A stretch of 64,000 nt of DNA, taken from NCBI GenBank assembly GCA_002633005.1, contig NMRA01000805.1:1-64000 (forward strand). The letters run 5' to 3'. Below are positions 36,972 through 50,695 of the stretch, in pieces (position 1 is the first letter of the stretch; each line of letters starts with the position of its first letter). The notes under the pieces were generated by a model. The model saw only the letters and a program-made list of their open reading frames with translations. It searched no databases and had not been told where the DNA came from. The stretch comes from Phoronis australis. Taxonomy: Eukaryota; Animalia; Phoronida. The position numbers were made by a program, and so were the translations under genes.

Positions 36972-37065
36972 CTCAAGTGAAACTCTTGTCTCTTTCTTAT
37001 ATTCACTAATATATTTTCTCAAGTGAAACTCTTGTCTCTTTCTTATATTCACTAATATATTTTCT
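36972..37065. repeat. 46-bp tandem duplication
   Basis: CTCAAGTGAAACTCTTGTCTCTTTCTTATATTCACTAATATATTTT twice. Confidence 0.9.
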
Positions 37066-38899
37066 GTCATCTGACCGTTGTTTCAGTAGTTCTTCTTTTA
37101 TTCAGCACACAATATGGCCGACAATTGAATTATTCTGTTTTGTTCAATTTTTGTTAAAGTTCTCATTGTTTGCAAAAAGGTAAGCTGCCATTGAAAATAA
37201 AAAATAACAACTTTGGCAGTTATTTTTGTGCAGAACAAGTGGAGAATTACTGTACATTCATCTTTGCTGCTCTACTTTTCTTGCACCCTGTCGTTTTGCT
37301 AAGTTTTAGTCTCATCGCACCCTGTTGCTCTGATGTGACATACTGACAAGGTTGTCTGTTTCTTTAAATCTTAGTCTTCAACAGCGACTGGCAGGATAAT
37401 GTTATCACTGCAAGCCTCTGCACAATTTGAGTTTGGGTACAGTTTCGCCAGTTTCTCACCAAAACAAATGCCAAAATGCCCTTGTTCCATTTTTCAAAAG
37501 CTTGTAACCTTGTTATGAGTGTCCATCATTTTTTGAAATATTGTCTGATGGTGACTATGGAACAGATTATAGAAAATGGTAAAGCATTGGTTTGGTGGTA
37601 ATTTTCCTTCATTAAAAATTCGAGAAGACAGAAGCTTCACTTGTCTGCCATATTGTGTTTTGAGTTGGTGAGACTACCATTTTAATGATGTTGTCTGCCT
37701 GACTTTTTTGTGATTATGTTTTTGCGATGACTGAGTTGTATGCAAGTCACATTCTTATACCTAGGTCCACTAAGAGTTATGAAAAAGCAAAATTTTCAAT
37801 GATCGAAAATTTACAATAATAAAACCTTCACAGCTGTCACTGTAGTGTAAAAAATCCACTTTATTTGCTTTACGGTAAATTACTTGTCATGACACAGGGC
37901 AACTATGACAGTCAATGCTACTAACACTCAACAGTCTTATTGTGGAATTTCACTTGCGCTCAGCCGTCATGATGTGGAAAAATGGGCCATTTTGTCTAAT
38001 TTTTTAAAAATTGTTTTGGCTTTTACTACATTTCTATAACAAAACGTCAGTGGAGTGCCCCTTTGTATTATCCACTGATGAACATGTCATTGAGAGGTTG
38101 ATCTAAGACTTCAACTTTAAGCGTAGATTTATTTTTGCATGTTTTCTCTGTTGTCTCCGGGTTGGTAAGCGGGCTGGAAGGCCAGCCCAGTGCTGAGCAG
38201 TACCACCAGGGGGAGTATGTCGCCTACCGATATCTCCATGATAAGTGCCACCCGCAGGAAAAACGGAGACTGTGTGCACCGTCTGACTCACAGTTACACA
38301 CGTAGCTCGTCCGGTATGTAGAGGGATGCTGCGCCTTATGCAACAGTGCTTGGTGCTCGCACGCCTCTGCAGGCATGTTGTCGGCTGTTCAACAGGCGGC
38401 GCTTTGCATGTTCAAAAGCACTGTGTTTGACATGGGACTTGACCAGTATAGATCTTGCAATGAAGACGGCGCATTCCACGCCATGGCAAAGTTTGATAGG
38501 TTAATTATCTGGATGTTCTTGCGTGGGGAATTTAACGTCAGCTAAGTGCAATGTTATGCTACAGCAAGTTTCCACTTGGGATCCGGCCCGTTACTCGTCA
38601 ATCATAACGTGGGAGGGGCTGTCAGTAACAATGTAACCGCTCTTTCACTGTGTATGTGGAACACCTTTCTTATGCTCTTCTACCTTCATTCACGCCTACC
38701 TCTTAGCATACACTGAAGTGCACAGTCAGCGCATCCCTCTACATTAAAGTTTCAAAGGAGCAAACTTTCGTTACCTGCCAACATATACAAATATTGTCGG
38801 TGCATTATGTCCTCGTCTTTGCCTGTTGGACGTTCCCTGCAGTATCTCCAAAACCCCTTGGTCACTGATGAATTTTCATGAACGTTTGCATACATGTTT

Positions 38900-39960
38900 T
38901 CATTATGGATGGGATGGCATGAGCGAATTTTCAGACGGATCCTACTACGGGTGTGCTCCCTAGTGTTAATGTTATTTTTTTTCGTTTGCCTCTGTATCTT
39001 CGGGCGGCCTTGATGGATTTTCATTTAATTTGGCAAATAGGTATCTATTAAGGAGCACGCTTCACTTTCCATTATTTGGATGAGATCAACATATTCAGTA
39101 CGATCTATTGACCATTTTTCGAATTCACCTCTCTATTGGCCAAACCACTTTGAGGATCAGTATGAAAATTGGTTCATGCGTTCCTGCTTGAAAGAGCACG
39201 ACTGATGATTATTTTTGGACGGCTGTGAATTCTGTGGCGTACCCTAGTGGCATTTTTTGTGTCTTTGTCTGTATCTCCTAAACCCTGCGTAGGGTCTTTA
39301 AGGTGACAACAGATCATGATGACTTTCGCTTCCAACTACCACAGTGCCCCCTATTGATAATTATACCGGGTAGTGTTACATTTATATTTTCTGTATCTGG
39401 AGTTTCTTAAGGAATTTTCTTGCAATTTGGGAATAGGTTAATCTGTTAAAAGAAACAACGACACCTTCCCGTTTTCAGATGTATTTGACCTAATATAGGT
39501 CATCTAGTTGCCACTGTTATCATTTTATTGAGTCTGGTTTTTAGCATCTACCTGTGTATCAGCCAAACCACTTTAAGGATCATTGCTAAGATTAGCATTT
39601 TGCTGAGGCGATGCATGGCTGACGATGATTTTTTATGGATCCAACTGCTGTGGTTTCCAATTTTTTGCTTATGGCTTGTTATCTACAAAGTTGTTTGATG
39701 GATTTTGAGTGCAATTCATCTACTGTTTTCTCTGCGTTTGTCTTGCAAGCTCCTTGATTGATGTTCGTGAAATGTGGCAAATAAATTACCACAACTGAGG
39801 TGACTGCACAAGCCTTCTTTCAGAGGGATATGATCTTCATTGTGCCCCCTAGTGGCCTTTTTGTTGTTTTTGTGTCTTCTTTATTTTCCGTCTTGCTAGC
39901 CTTCAAACTGCATTAAAAATCCAAAACGATGTATGGCAGGTGTGCTCCTATTTAGGAGAG
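38900..39960 (+). repeat. Degenerate central repeats of the HINE/DINE-like family (also in the duplicate at about 41454-42240)
   Basis: CCCTAGTGG, AAATTTGGCA-like and CAAACCACT.TAAGGAT blocks shared with 8600-9640 and 10130-10680. Confidence 0.6.
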
Positions 39961-42900
39961 CATAGCTGTCTTTTTCAGCCCCTACAGGGTATTTTAAGTT
40001 TACTGGCGTTGCTCCCTTTAGTGAGAATATTTAAACAATGATCATCCCTTGTTTCTGCACTGTATGCGATGCGCACAGTGGATTGATATCAGTGCTCTGC
40101 GTTGTAACAAGCTTTGAACCGTGAATAAAATTTTATGACTCAGAGAAACCGGAACGTTGAAATATCGAGTGTCAGGTGCATAGATAAGAATCAATGTGCA
40201 CAAACGTTCAATAGCTGTTACCAGTTGTTTTGCATTGATCTGAATAGTTCCATTATTTTGTGTCTTTCGTATGATAAGGTTCTAATCACACCTCTTGAAT
40301 CATGATTCTGACCTTCCCAAAGCAAGCTTTCCTCTTCCTAAACAGTACAATTCACGCCAAAAGCAACTGAGCACAAAACTTTGTTTCTCTGTTATGACGG
40401 CTTACACCCTTCACTGCTTGAATGACACAATCAACTGCCATTGCAGCTAATTTCTAATAAAAGAATATCGTTTCCACCTTGCTCACCTGCTGGAAAATTC
40501 CTGTTCGTTACCGCTGACTATGGACGTCTGCTCTGACGATGGTTTTGGTTTCCGACTAACAGTCATGATGGGAAGTCTGGGTCATATTGTCGGAATACTT
40601 TTTGGCATGTACTATACGTTTGTGTCCTCAACATCTTTCTCCAACTCTCCTCTCTCTCCATTGATTGGATACTTCACCGTTACCATTTGAATGGATGCCA
40701 GAATGTCTGGTCATTGCATAGCTTCTGTAAGAACAATTCCTGCTTGCTCGAATTTCTTCATTGTCTACTGCCATTGTATGGTGTCTGAAAGAAGCATCAA
40801 TGTTAATGTGTTGGACATTTCATGCTTTTGGAAATATGAGGAAGCAATGTGGAAACTATACAAAACCAAGTGTATGCATGAGACTGTAAATGTACCTAGG
40901 TTCATTTTCTTATGGAAACTTTGACTGGTCAGGACTTTGTCACATCTTACAGTACTCTTCAGGATTTTGTGGTTGGGTGTTGAGGTTTAGTTTACATACA
41001 CTATCAGTATTCACTATTGTTTACCTCTGCATGACTTATATGTTGTCTATTTTAGTTAAATATTGTCAGTTAGCTATTACGTCATGCCAATCTACCGCTA
41101 AGAGATTTATTTGAGGATAGTGATATCCAACTTATATGAAGGGCTTAGAGTTAAGCCAGCATTCGGCTTGTAAATGTCAGACTTGTACGAATTTTACTAC
41201 ATTTTCTTTTGCCATTATCGCTGTTATTGCAAAGGTGTTGGTGTCTAGTTGTCACGGTAACCAGCCTGTGACCTTTTCATTTGATTACAGCCCGGCATAT
41301 CTAGTTGTAACCAACCTGTGACCTCTTCATTTGATTACAGGCCGGCATATCTAGTTGTAACCAACCTGTGACCTCTTCATTTGATTACAGGCCGGCATAT
41401 CTAGTTGTAACCAACCTGTGACCTCTTCATTTGATTACAGGCCGGCATATCTNATTGGTTCATGCGTTCCTGCTTGAAAGAGCACGACTGATGATTATTT
41501 TTGGACGGCTGTGAATTCTGTGGCGTACCCTAGTGGCATTTTTTGTGTCTTTGTCAGTATCTCTTAAACCCTGTGTAGGGTCTTTAAGGTGACAACAGAT
41601 TATGATGACTTTCGCTTCCAACTACCACAGTGCCCCCTATTGATAATTATAGTGTTACATTTATATTTTCTGTATCTGGAGTTTCTTAAGGAATTTTCTT
41701 GCAATTCAGGAATAGGTTTCTGTTAAAAGAAACAACGACACCTTCCCGTTTTCAGATTTATTTGACCTAATATAGGTCATCTAGTTGCCACTGTTATTAT
41801 TTTATTGAGTCTGGTTTTTGGCATCTACCTGTGTATCAGCCAAACCACTTTAAGGATCATTGCTAAGCTTAGCATTTTGCTGAGGCGATGCATGGCTGAC
41901 GATGATTTTTTATGGATCCAACTGCTGTGGTTTCCAGTTTTTTGCTTATGCCTTGTTATCTACAAAGTTGTTTGATGGATTTTGAGTGCAATTCATCTAC
42001 TGTTTTCTCTGCGTTTGTCTTGCAAGTTCCTTGATTGATGTTCGTGAAATGTGGCAAATAAATTACCAGAACTGAGGTGACTGCACAAGTCCTCTTTCAG
42101 ATCGATATTATCTTCATTGTGCCCCCTAGTGGCCTTTGTATTGTTTTTGTGTCTGTTCTTTATTTTCCGTCTTGCTAGCCTTCAAACTGCATTAAAAATC
42201 CAAAATGATGTATGGCAGGTTTGCTCCTATTTAGGAAAGCATAGCTGATGTGATTTTCAGTCCCTACAGGGTATGTTAAGTTTACTGGCGTTGCTCCCTT
42301 CGGTGAGAATATTTAAACAATGATCATCCCTTGTTTCTGCACTGTATGCGATGCGCACGGTGGATTGATATCAGTGCTCTGCGTTGTAATAAGCTTTGAA
42401 CCGTGAATAAAATTTTATGACTCAGAGAAACCCGAACGTTGAAATATCGAGTGTCAGATGCATAGATAAGAATCAATGTGCACAAACGTTCAATAGCTGT
42501 TACCAGTTGTTTTGCATTGATCTGAATAGTTCCATTATTTTGTGTCTTTCGTATGATAAGGTTCTAATCACGCATTCTGACCTTCCCAAAGCAAGCTTTC
42601 CTCTTCCTAAACAGTACAATTCACGCCAAAAGCAACTGGGCACAAAACTTTGTTTCTCTGTTATGACGGCTTACACCCTTCACTGCTTAAATGACACAAT
42701 GAACTGCCATTGCAGCTAATTTCTAATAAAAGAATATCGTTTCCACCTTGCTCACCTGCTGGAAAATTCCTGTTCGTTACCGCTGACTATGGACGTCTGC
42801 TCTGACGATGGTTTTGGTTTCCGACTAACAGTCATGATAGGAAGTCTGGGTCATATTGTTGGAATACTTTTGGCATGTACTATATGTTTGTGTCCTCAAC

Positions 42901-43667
42901 ATCTTTTTCCAACTCTCTTCTCCCTCCATTGATTGGATACTTCACCGTTACCATTTTAATGGATGCCAGAATGTCTGGTCATTGCATAGCTTCTGTAAGA
43001 ACAATTCCTGCTTGCTCGAATTTCTTCATTGTCTACTGCCATTGTATGGTGTCTGAAAGCATCAATGTTAATGTGTTGGACATTTCATGCTTTTGGAAAT
43101 ATGAGGAAGCAATGTGGAAACTATACAAAACCAAGTGTATGCATGAGACTGTGAATGTACTTAGGTTCATTTTCTTATGGAAACTTTCACTGGTCAGGAC
43201 TTTGTCACATCTTACAGTTCTCTTCAGGATTTTGTGGTTGGGTGTTGAGGTTTAGTTTACATACACTATCAGTATTCACTATTGTTTACCTCTGCATGAC
43301 TTATATGTTGTCTATTTTAGTTAAATATTGTCAGTTAGCTATTACATCATGCCAGTCTACTGCTAAGAGATTTATTTGAGGATAGTGATATCCGACTTAT
43401 ATGAAGGGCTTAGAGTTAAGCCAGCATTCGGCTTGTAAATGTCAGACTTGTACGAATTTTACTACATTTTCTTTTGCCATTATCGCTGTTATTGCAAAGG
43501 TGTTGGTGTCTAGTTGTCACGGTAACCAGCCTGTGACCTCTTCATTTGATTACAGGCCGGCATATCTAGTTGTAACCAACCTGTGACCTCTTCATTTGAT
43601 TACAGGCCGGCATATCTAGTTGTAACCAACCTGTGACCTCTTCATTTGATTACAGGCCGGCATATCT
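39168..43667. repeat. ~2.2-kb direct duplicate (39168-41452 / 41454-43667) joined by a single N; probable uncollapsed alleles
   Basis: Colinear copies with SNPs and small indels; N at 41453. Confidence 0.8.
43523..43667 (+). repeat. 50-bp VNTR containing the AP3S exon-6 splice acceptor (3 units here, 4 units at about 41258-41452)
   Basis: Unit AGTTGTAACCAACCTGTGACCTCTTCATTTGATTACAG|GCCGGCATATCT. Acceptor AGs end at 43555, 43605 and 43655, and at 41290, 41340, 41390 and 41440. Confidence 0.9.
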
Positions 43668-43778
43668 GCTGCACCAGCGCGGGCGGTCAATGCAGTGAAA
43701 GACATGAACTTACCACAGAAATTCAAGGACATCAAGCTACCGGATTTACCATCCATCGGTAGTATAAAGCTTCCATAG
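43656..43778 (+). CDS. AP3S1: AP-3 complex subunit sigma, exon 6 (terminal)
   Basis: tacag|AGISAAPARAVNAVKDMNLPQKFKDIKLPDLPSIGSIKLP*. The APARAV.AVK.MNLP motif is typical of sigma-3. Total CDS 576 nt. Confidence 0.93.
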   Translation, partial: AGISAAPARAVNAVKDMNLPQKFKDIKLPDLPSIGSIKLP

Positions 43779-46700
43779 CCAAACAAGACTGTAATGGGCC
43801 TGGGCCCAGGGTCAAATTTTTCTTCTCCTAACTCGACTTGAAAATTTGACCACTGCTGTCCAAACTGCAAATTTATACTCAAATCCTGTGGCGTGATTGG
43901 TTAAATCTTAGTCGACTTTGAGTTTGGGGATTCGATCCTGGGTCCTGTTGTCACCTACGATCTACAGATTTGGGTCCCTTTCTACAAGGAAAAGACAAGA
44001 AAAAATGCATCCATTCAGCATGGATGGATAATGCAAGGGTCAATGGCTTAGGCCACTGAATTTTTAATGCAGACACTAATGAGTTGATGCTTTGCCTCCA
44101 TCTCTGAGATTTGGTCACTTTTTGATTGTTGTAAAATGACTTGGGAGATGATGTGCAGTGAAAAACAATGTTATATTTTTGTAAAACGGGATTTGATCTG
44201 TGTGTTCATATGACTTACATGCTTTACATAGGAACTTTGTGATGTCACTTTGAGGTGGTGAGGTTGTAGAATTTTATAATTCATTGCTTATTATGTGCTA
44301 TTCTCTGTGCGAAATATTGTAGAGGTTGGTGCAAATAAGTCCAAACAGTAAATTATGTTATTTCACATGGGAAGTCTTGGCTTTCTACAGGTTTGTGTCT
44401 ATGGAAATATGTCACACTGCATGTCAAAATTTAGTTGAGATTGTCTTCGTTTCCAAATGTCTGTGGAAAGGCTGTGACATGTCTAGTTGTCTTCAGTGAT
44501 TTCTTGGTATGTTTCAAAATTTCTCTAGTTTGTGTTGTTTATTTTTGCTTGTCCTAGATATACATTTGTGTCCTTAGTCTTCAGTATCCAAAACATATCG
44601 ATTCTTCAGATAACCGTTGTTAAGAAGCACTGTTGCTTAAAAATCCAGTACTCTCTGTAAGAGTCATTTCTCAATAATTTTATGTTGTAGTATTATTTTT
44701 ATTGGAAATAATATCGAGTGAGTAAGAAATGTGGAATAAACAGATTCCTATAATTAAATTATTAATCACCGACTGTTGTACAAGTTACATTTTCAACACT
44801 GTCACTGGTTATCCCGTGTTCTGTTTGTTTCCTAGTAGGGATGCACTTGTTTTGGGAACGCCATGTGATCAGTCACAATCTTTGTGAACTGTTCAAAAGT
44901 GAAACTGACCTCCACCACATAGTTATTATTAAGAGTTATTTGGAAAGATCATTTGGATTCATGTGTGATGCACTTCACATTTTCACCCACTTTCCACATG
45001 TGTGTCAGTCAGACCACTGAGGCCTATTTGCAAAGTTATAACATAAATCCTCCGAAATAAGATGTGTGAATATTGTAAAATGGTCGCAGTCTTGTGAACT
45101 GGCAAAACGTTCTGCCAATATTGGAGAAAGTACAAGTGTTTTTGCAAACTGCCATCTGTTTAAGTCATCACCCATATTTAGTTTTAGGACTAGCCCGCCA
45201 CAACCAAAAGATAGACTTTAGACAATCCAAAATTTTATCCAGGTGTTATTTGTGCAAAGATAACCTCCATGTGTCTGTGGGGCAGTGGCTGTCATCTGCC
45301 GGTTAAAGTTGCTGTTTTTTGTGAGAAGCCATACCATGTTGAGAGCACCAAATTTCGAATTGTGCTACTTACAAATTAAAGTTGGCCTGATGGTGTTGCT
45401 GGATAAAAATTAATTCCAGTCTTTATATAGAGATGTAATAACCATTAGCGATTGGCATCAGGCTTATCAAAGTTGGTTGAGTGCAAAATACTTGTTGTAA
45501 TCAGGAAATGGAACTATTGGACTTCGGACTTTTAGGGAATTGCAAAATAGGCCTTTCCCAACAAATTTCATGTTAGGTTGAAAACGGTTCGTGGCGTAAG
45601 CGATTTGCAATAACGGGCCAATCTTGGCCTACGTCCGTTTGGCTTTAAATCGACTTTCCACTCTTCTCGCCCGACACGTTTTACTGACGTATTTGCATGT
45701 TCCTAACTATGCGGACAGGAACTAAGTGGAAATGCTACTTTGTACGTTAAATACGGTTCAGTTGTTTTCGCTGACAACAATTTTAAATGAGAAGACAAAA
45801 AAAAATTGGAAACAAGTGACCTTTGCACCAGTGACGTACCTCGCGGGCTCATGTAACCAGCATCATGCAGTTTTAATCCCCAGCTCCACGTCAGCGATAC
45901 TTGATGGACACGGTTGAGTGATTTGGGGCGGATCATTTTCGCCCTAAAACTCGTTCTTAAAAACATTTGTCAATTTCAACCTACTTCATTTTCACACCGT
46001 AACTATATGTTGTGTTTCTAACTAATTTGGCAAAGCAATCACAGTGATAGAGAATTAGCCTGCAATTAAAGTTCCACTGAACTGCAGTCTTTGTTTAGAA
46101 ACGCATGCTTTCACTGGGCTAAAGCTTATAGTTATGTAGATATTTGGCAAAATACAGAGACTTATCGATGTGGTCCCACTTAACCTTAATTGAGTCGAAC
46201 GTTCATTCCACGTTCCGTACTTCCAAAGAGTAACCCCCGTGTAAGGGCGCGTACACACATTACGCCATCACTCAAAGGTGTGAGAAAAGATGGCGTTTTA
46301 TGGCAGGGTAGAGGGCCGTTAGACTACGCCTATTAGAAAATCTCCAGTAGAAGAGGTGTCTCAATTCTCACATCACCACTGGAAAAGCAAAACTTCTTCA
46401 CCGTGCAGTGATCGATAAACCGTGTCGTGTTTTACTTCTCTAAAAAACTGGTCAATGTCCTGCGAAACTAGACGCAGCTTCACACACGAATTTGCGGTTA
46501 AATACCCATTCCATTATTACAAAGTGTGTTTTAATTGTCTTAACTGCACCAAAATCTCCTAATGTGTCGCTCCTGTGTACTTTTAAAATTAGTTAAATGA
46601 CTCGATTCGTAGTCTAAGTAGACAGATCGAGTTGTGTCTTAATTACAACTCTTCGAATGAGATCTCGTGTGTTACAGAATACACCTCTACTACAGTCGTA

Positions 46701-49700
46701 GTAGACTTTTTCCTCTAGCTATGTGATGGTGTATTGTGACATGGTTTGCGACAACTTGAGATCATTCACAAGAGAACACAGTCGTGGCTGGTAATGTCGC
46801 ACTAAACTCTGACGAAAAGTACCTACGAGGCCAAATTACGTTAAGTGTTTGCCAGAAAAGGTTTGAGAACAGTAATATTCTACTGCGACAAAAAGCTTCA
46901 TTTTATTGATAAACAAGTCTGGCATGAAGCAAACCAAATTTTAGCTTCTGTCGAAGTCGGTTCAGTTTATGTCTAAAATCGTGACTGTGCATATACACAC
47001 TTCGTCAGACTTCTTTAGTTAACAAAAATACGAATTTTAGTCTGTTATTAATTGACCTGTTCTGTGTAGATATCGCACAATAACATTTTGGTAAAGTTTC
47101 CATGTTATGCATGAAGTGAAAAAATTAATAGAAAAATGACGATTTTGACCATTGCTTAGGATCCAAGTTGTATAGGTTGTTTTTTGGGTGGCATTCTCCT
47201 TTAAAGAGTCTATGGTATAAAGTAATACCAAGCTTCTTCAGCCATGAACACGGTATTATGGAACGAATCATTTGGAATGTAGTACAGTACTATACTGCAA
47301 ATATTGTCAACAAAGATGTACGTAGCTTTGAGGAGAAACTAATACTTTTCAGTAAGCACATATTTCACACTGTCATCAACCATCCTATGAGAAATTTTTA
47401 AGGATTCCTCACAATGCAGTGAGCTTTTGTAAGGTACAATTATTTCTGTAGGCCAAACTTGAGGAAAGGGGATTACATAAAAATTGGCAAATGTCCAACC
47501 ATCAGGTAACACATGCGAACGCCTGAACTGTTTGTATTCATTGCTAAAATGGAAGTCAAGAATGGCGATTTGATAGTTGAAATGGCGTCATTATTTCATT
47601 GCTGAATACAACAGCGGCAAATATAAATTACGATTATGAAGACGCATAGTTTGTAATTTATAACAATCATAAATACGGAATCTCCAACGGAACTGCTGGT
47701 GTCGATTGGCTGCGACGACGTGAATTAGACACTGGGGGAATATCATGTTGTTGGGTGATGACAAAGGGGGTGGCAGGGGAGGGGGGGGGGTAAAAGTGAC
47801 AAATATTAGATAACGTAATATGTGAAGGCCCCTTAACACCTTCTTTATGGTCCTAACCTGGGATTCATCGAAAAATAGTGCCAAATCACTTGTTTGGTTC
47901 AAAGCAGTCCGCAACACGACGACCCCGTGTGTTTGTTCCTAAGTGCTTATCTTGAGGGTATCCAAATAGTTTACACAATACCGCAAGTTGTTGCGCTCCC
48001 ACCGAAATGTGTCCATCGTCGCATTTTCTAAATTTTCCGAAACAGTGTGAGAACCTAGTTTTTGTTTTACTATAATCTGATTTCGATCCCGGATCTTAAG
48101 AATGCGCTAATGTGACAAAATACTGCGTCGACTTTTTTCAGACATGTTTTTTTGTTTATTTGGGTTTTAGGATGTTTAGACCACACTTTGTTATCTTATC
48201 TGATGCATGTAATCCCAAAGTAATGCCTTGGCCTCGCTTTCTCATGGATGATTGTGTCACAGGACCGAAATCTCCTTTTTCTTGGAGGTACGAAAACGCG
48301 TTGTTACATTGGTCTCATAGAAATGTTGGGCTAATTCTAGGAATGATGTCGGAAAATATCGTATCCACACTGTTTTCAAGTTTATCCAACATTCTGCCGT
48401 CAGACGTACATCACACAGCAGAGCAGTGAGACCCTAGATATTGCAATGCATTTAACGCAGTAGAGAAAAAAATGAAAAAAAAACAAGGTAACAAGGTACC
48501 AACAAACAAAATGACGCCCATTACCAAGATGGTATCAACCCTTGCCAGTTCAAAGACAAGACAAGACAATAAAGTACAGTGGCGCGAAAGCGAGACCATA
48601 CAATTGTTTGACGTGTGTTGCACCATATTGTGAGTAGCGACGTGAGATTCAAGTGTCTGCGTCAGTAATCCGGGACCGTCCTATTTAGTGTACCAACAGA
48701 ATATGTTAATGCGTTCTCATGGAAGCAGTGTCTTCATTTTCAATGGCCAGATTTCCCTGAAAAACACTTTTTCAATCAGGTTATGGCTTTGAGCTGCCCG
48801 AAAATTGTTCACTGGTTATCGTATCCTCCCGTTTTCCAAAAGCGTCGAAGCGGGGTATTTTGACTTGGAGCTGTGAGCGATATTCGAAGGAGTCACAGAA
48901 ATCGACGGTCAGTTACGGATATTCCCGATACGAAAGCAACTGAAATGGTATATTCTGTATTTCATCCTATTAACATGACACAGTTTCTGTGAACTTTTTA
49001 CGTTTTTGAAAATCTGGAATATCTGGAATCAAAATTTATGTGCTTCCGACCATTCCGAGCACTCATATCATACCCTTTGTATGTCGCATTGGTACCCAGC
49101 AACCGTGAGCTGGTTGTGTGGAAATTTACTACCTGGGCGATTGCCAATTTATTTGTAGAAGGATTTGCTACTAAGTTGTCATGTTACTCTAGAAGGGTTT
49201 GCCCTTCGACGTATTAACTTGAGATCAATATACATAAAAAACCAGGTCGACAGCGACAATTTGCCTACAAGTTTACGTAAAGCCATGCCAGTAAAAGAAT
49301 ATTGTAATCATGAATGAAATCCCCTTGACTCGGTATACGCATGACCGTTTAAGTGTACATTTGTAAAAGTCTGGGCTTTTTTGCCCCACAGAGCCAGGTA
49401 AACGGCAAGTCACAACATCAAACGCCTTTGGCTACAATCTCTCGTGCTCAAGGCTTATTTATGGAGTTGGCGAGGCTTGATCACGTGCTCTTATATGGTG
49501 GTAAGAACAGCGTTAAACAACTCAGCGCTTGATTTACAAAGTCTATCTAAAGTGAACAAGAACATTTAACATAGTTGCGTCTTCAATTTTTAAAAATCGG
49601 GGAGTTATTAACTTAAACACAACTACTGCATTCAAAAGACTGCCTTGCAGACTGCTCAGAGTTACGTCACCTAGCTCCTCGCTTATCGTTAGGGATCTCC

Positions 49701-49747
49701 AATACACCAGATTCAATTGCAAACGTGTCTGGACTTTCAGAGGGCTT

Positions 49748-49788
49748 ATGTGTGTATGTATGTATGCATGTATGTATGCATGTATGTA

Positions 49789-49847
<59 letters not shown>
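49748..49847. repeat. (TATG)n/(TG)n microsatellite
   Basis: Directly visible; runs into the gap. Confidence 0.95.
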
Positions 49848-50695
49848 NNNNNNNNNNNNNNNNNNNNNNNNNNNNNNNNNNNNNNNNNNNNNNNNNNNNN
49901 NNNNNNNNNNNNNNNNNNNNNNNNNNNNNNNNNNNNNNNNNNNNNNNNNNNNNNNNNNNNNNNNNNNNNNNNNNNNNNNNNNNNNNNNNNNNNNNNNNNN
50001 NNNNNNNNNNNNNNNNNNNNNNNNNNNNNNNNNNNNNNNNNNNNNNNNNNNNNNNNNNNNNNNNNNNNNNNNNNNNNNNNNNNNNNNNNNNNNNNNNNNN
50101 NNNNNNNNNNNNNNNNNNNNNNNNNNNNNNNNNNNNNNNNNNNNNNNNNNNNNNNNNNNNNNNNNNNNNNNNNNNNNNNNNNNNNNNNNNNNNNNNNNNN
50201 NNNNNNNNNNNNNNNNNNNNNNNNNNNNNNNNNNNNNNNNNNNNNNNNNNNNNNNNNNNNNNNNNNNNNNNNNNNNNNNNNNNNNNNNNNNNNNNNNNNN
50301 NNNNNNNNNNNNNNNNNNNNNNNNNNNNNNNNNNNNNNNNNNNNNNNNNNNNNNNNNNNNNNNNNNNNNNNNNNNNNNNNNNNNNNNNNNNNNNNNNNNN
50401 NNNNNNNNNNNNNNNNNNNNNNNNNNNNNNNNNNNNNNNNNNNNNNNNNNNNNNNNNNNNNNNNNNNNNNNNNNNNNNNNNNNNNNNNNNNNNNNNNNNN
50501 NNNNNNNNNNNNNNNNNNNNNNNNNNNNNNNNNNNNNNNNNNNNNNNNNNNNNNNNNNNNNNNNNNNNNNNNNNNNNNNNNNNNNNNNNNNNNNNNNNNN
50601 NNNNNNNNNNNNNNNNNNNNNNNNNNNNNNNNNNNNNNNNNNNNNNNNNNNNNNNNNNNNNNNNNNNNNNNNNNNNNNNNNNNNNNNNNNNNNNN
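49848..50695. other. Assembly gap
   Basis: Run of N. Confidence 1.

Noticed and set aside
41258-41452. CRISPR-like appearance of regular repeats (also 16223-16307, 18547-18638)
   Set aside because: Head-to-tail tandem units with no unique spacers, no cas genes, eukaryotic context.
40691-43586. Pairs of near-identical ORFs suggesting a duplicated gene cluster
   Set aside because: Intronic sequence of AP3S duplicated across a single-N join; no recognisable protein features.
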